Assembly (NCBI RefSeq): GCF_037042905.1
Contig: NC_087251.1
Coordinates: 9,550,001-9,614,000 of the forward strand
Source of the DNA: Lytechinus pictus
Taxonomy: Eukaryota
DNA: 64,000 bases
Reading direction: 5' to 3'
The notes under the pieces: model-generated
Seen by the model: the letters and a program-made list of their open reading frames with translations, nothing else
Told to the model about the DNA's origin: nothing
The model's database searches: none
Program-made: the position numbers and the translations under genes
Part shown: positions 63,426-64,000 of the stretch, piece after piece
How positions within the stretch are numbered: the stretch's first letter is position 1
Layout of the letters: the number at the start of each line of letters is the position of its first letter

Positions 63426-64000
63426 CTATCTTAAAATTGATTTCTCATAAATCTCGTGCAACCTACAAAACTGTATGTTCGTCCTTTTCATAAAACGACC
63501 GGTTATCGTGGTTATAACTTGAGCTATTTGGTACAAGCACAGAACCCATTTACCGTATAAAGGTCTCTGAACGAGAATGAATATGTGACATTCAGAAACA
63601 CACAGGTGGTCACTAGTAATCATATCATAAAGTAGAGTCAAAGCGAGTTCACTATGTTCTTATGAACCTTTCATGGGTGAGTATAGGAGACCGATACATA
63701 CAACCCTTGATGACACCCTGGGTAGGTGGTTGCCATGTTGGGCAGACGTCAGAATCGTATTATCTGTTTTGTGTAATGGTCACTGGTGATCGATCATTAG
63801 CGATGCTTAAAAAGCGATCTACACAAAAATAGATAATGGTCTTGATCGAAGGAAATAAATATTACTTAAATTGTATCTATGGTGATCTCTAAAAGGACAG
63901 TCATCTCTCCCACTGTCTCTTCCTTCGGTCGTTTCTTCCTTTTTCACCCTAACAAGATTTCAACGATTTTGTTTCAGATAGTTTCTTTGATATAACTTTT

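Overview
Eukaryotic, AT-rich, repeat-dense DNA. The repeat types (tRNA-derived SINEs with ATT tails, G/C-run hAT-like MITEs, a Penelope-type hammerhead) and the mosaic CpG pattern point to a marine invertebrate, most plausibly a sea urchin; this is inference. One spliced gene can be rebuilt on the minus strand: 4 coding exons (26904-26692, 26094-26025, 25571-25090, 2091-1969) with GT-AG junctions and consistent phases, giving about 295 aa, with a last intron of about 23 kb. The protein is Ser/acidic-rich, probably nuclear, and has two short motifs that recall FAM53 proteins. The gene body (about 1-26.3 kb) looks strongly CpG-depleted, while the promoter and upstream 37 kb do not. The upstream part has no credible intact gene, only non-autonomous DNA transposons, SINEs, a LINE tail and microsatellites. 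The most unusual items are three 20-31 bp palindromic mini-insertions with 7-bp target duplications, a minimal hammerhead ribozyme with a core substitution, and a 2-kb hAT-like element carrying an array of GCGAAGC mini-hairpin repeats. No CRISPR, rRNA or true tRNA gene was seen, and nearly all ORFs in the supplied track look spurious.
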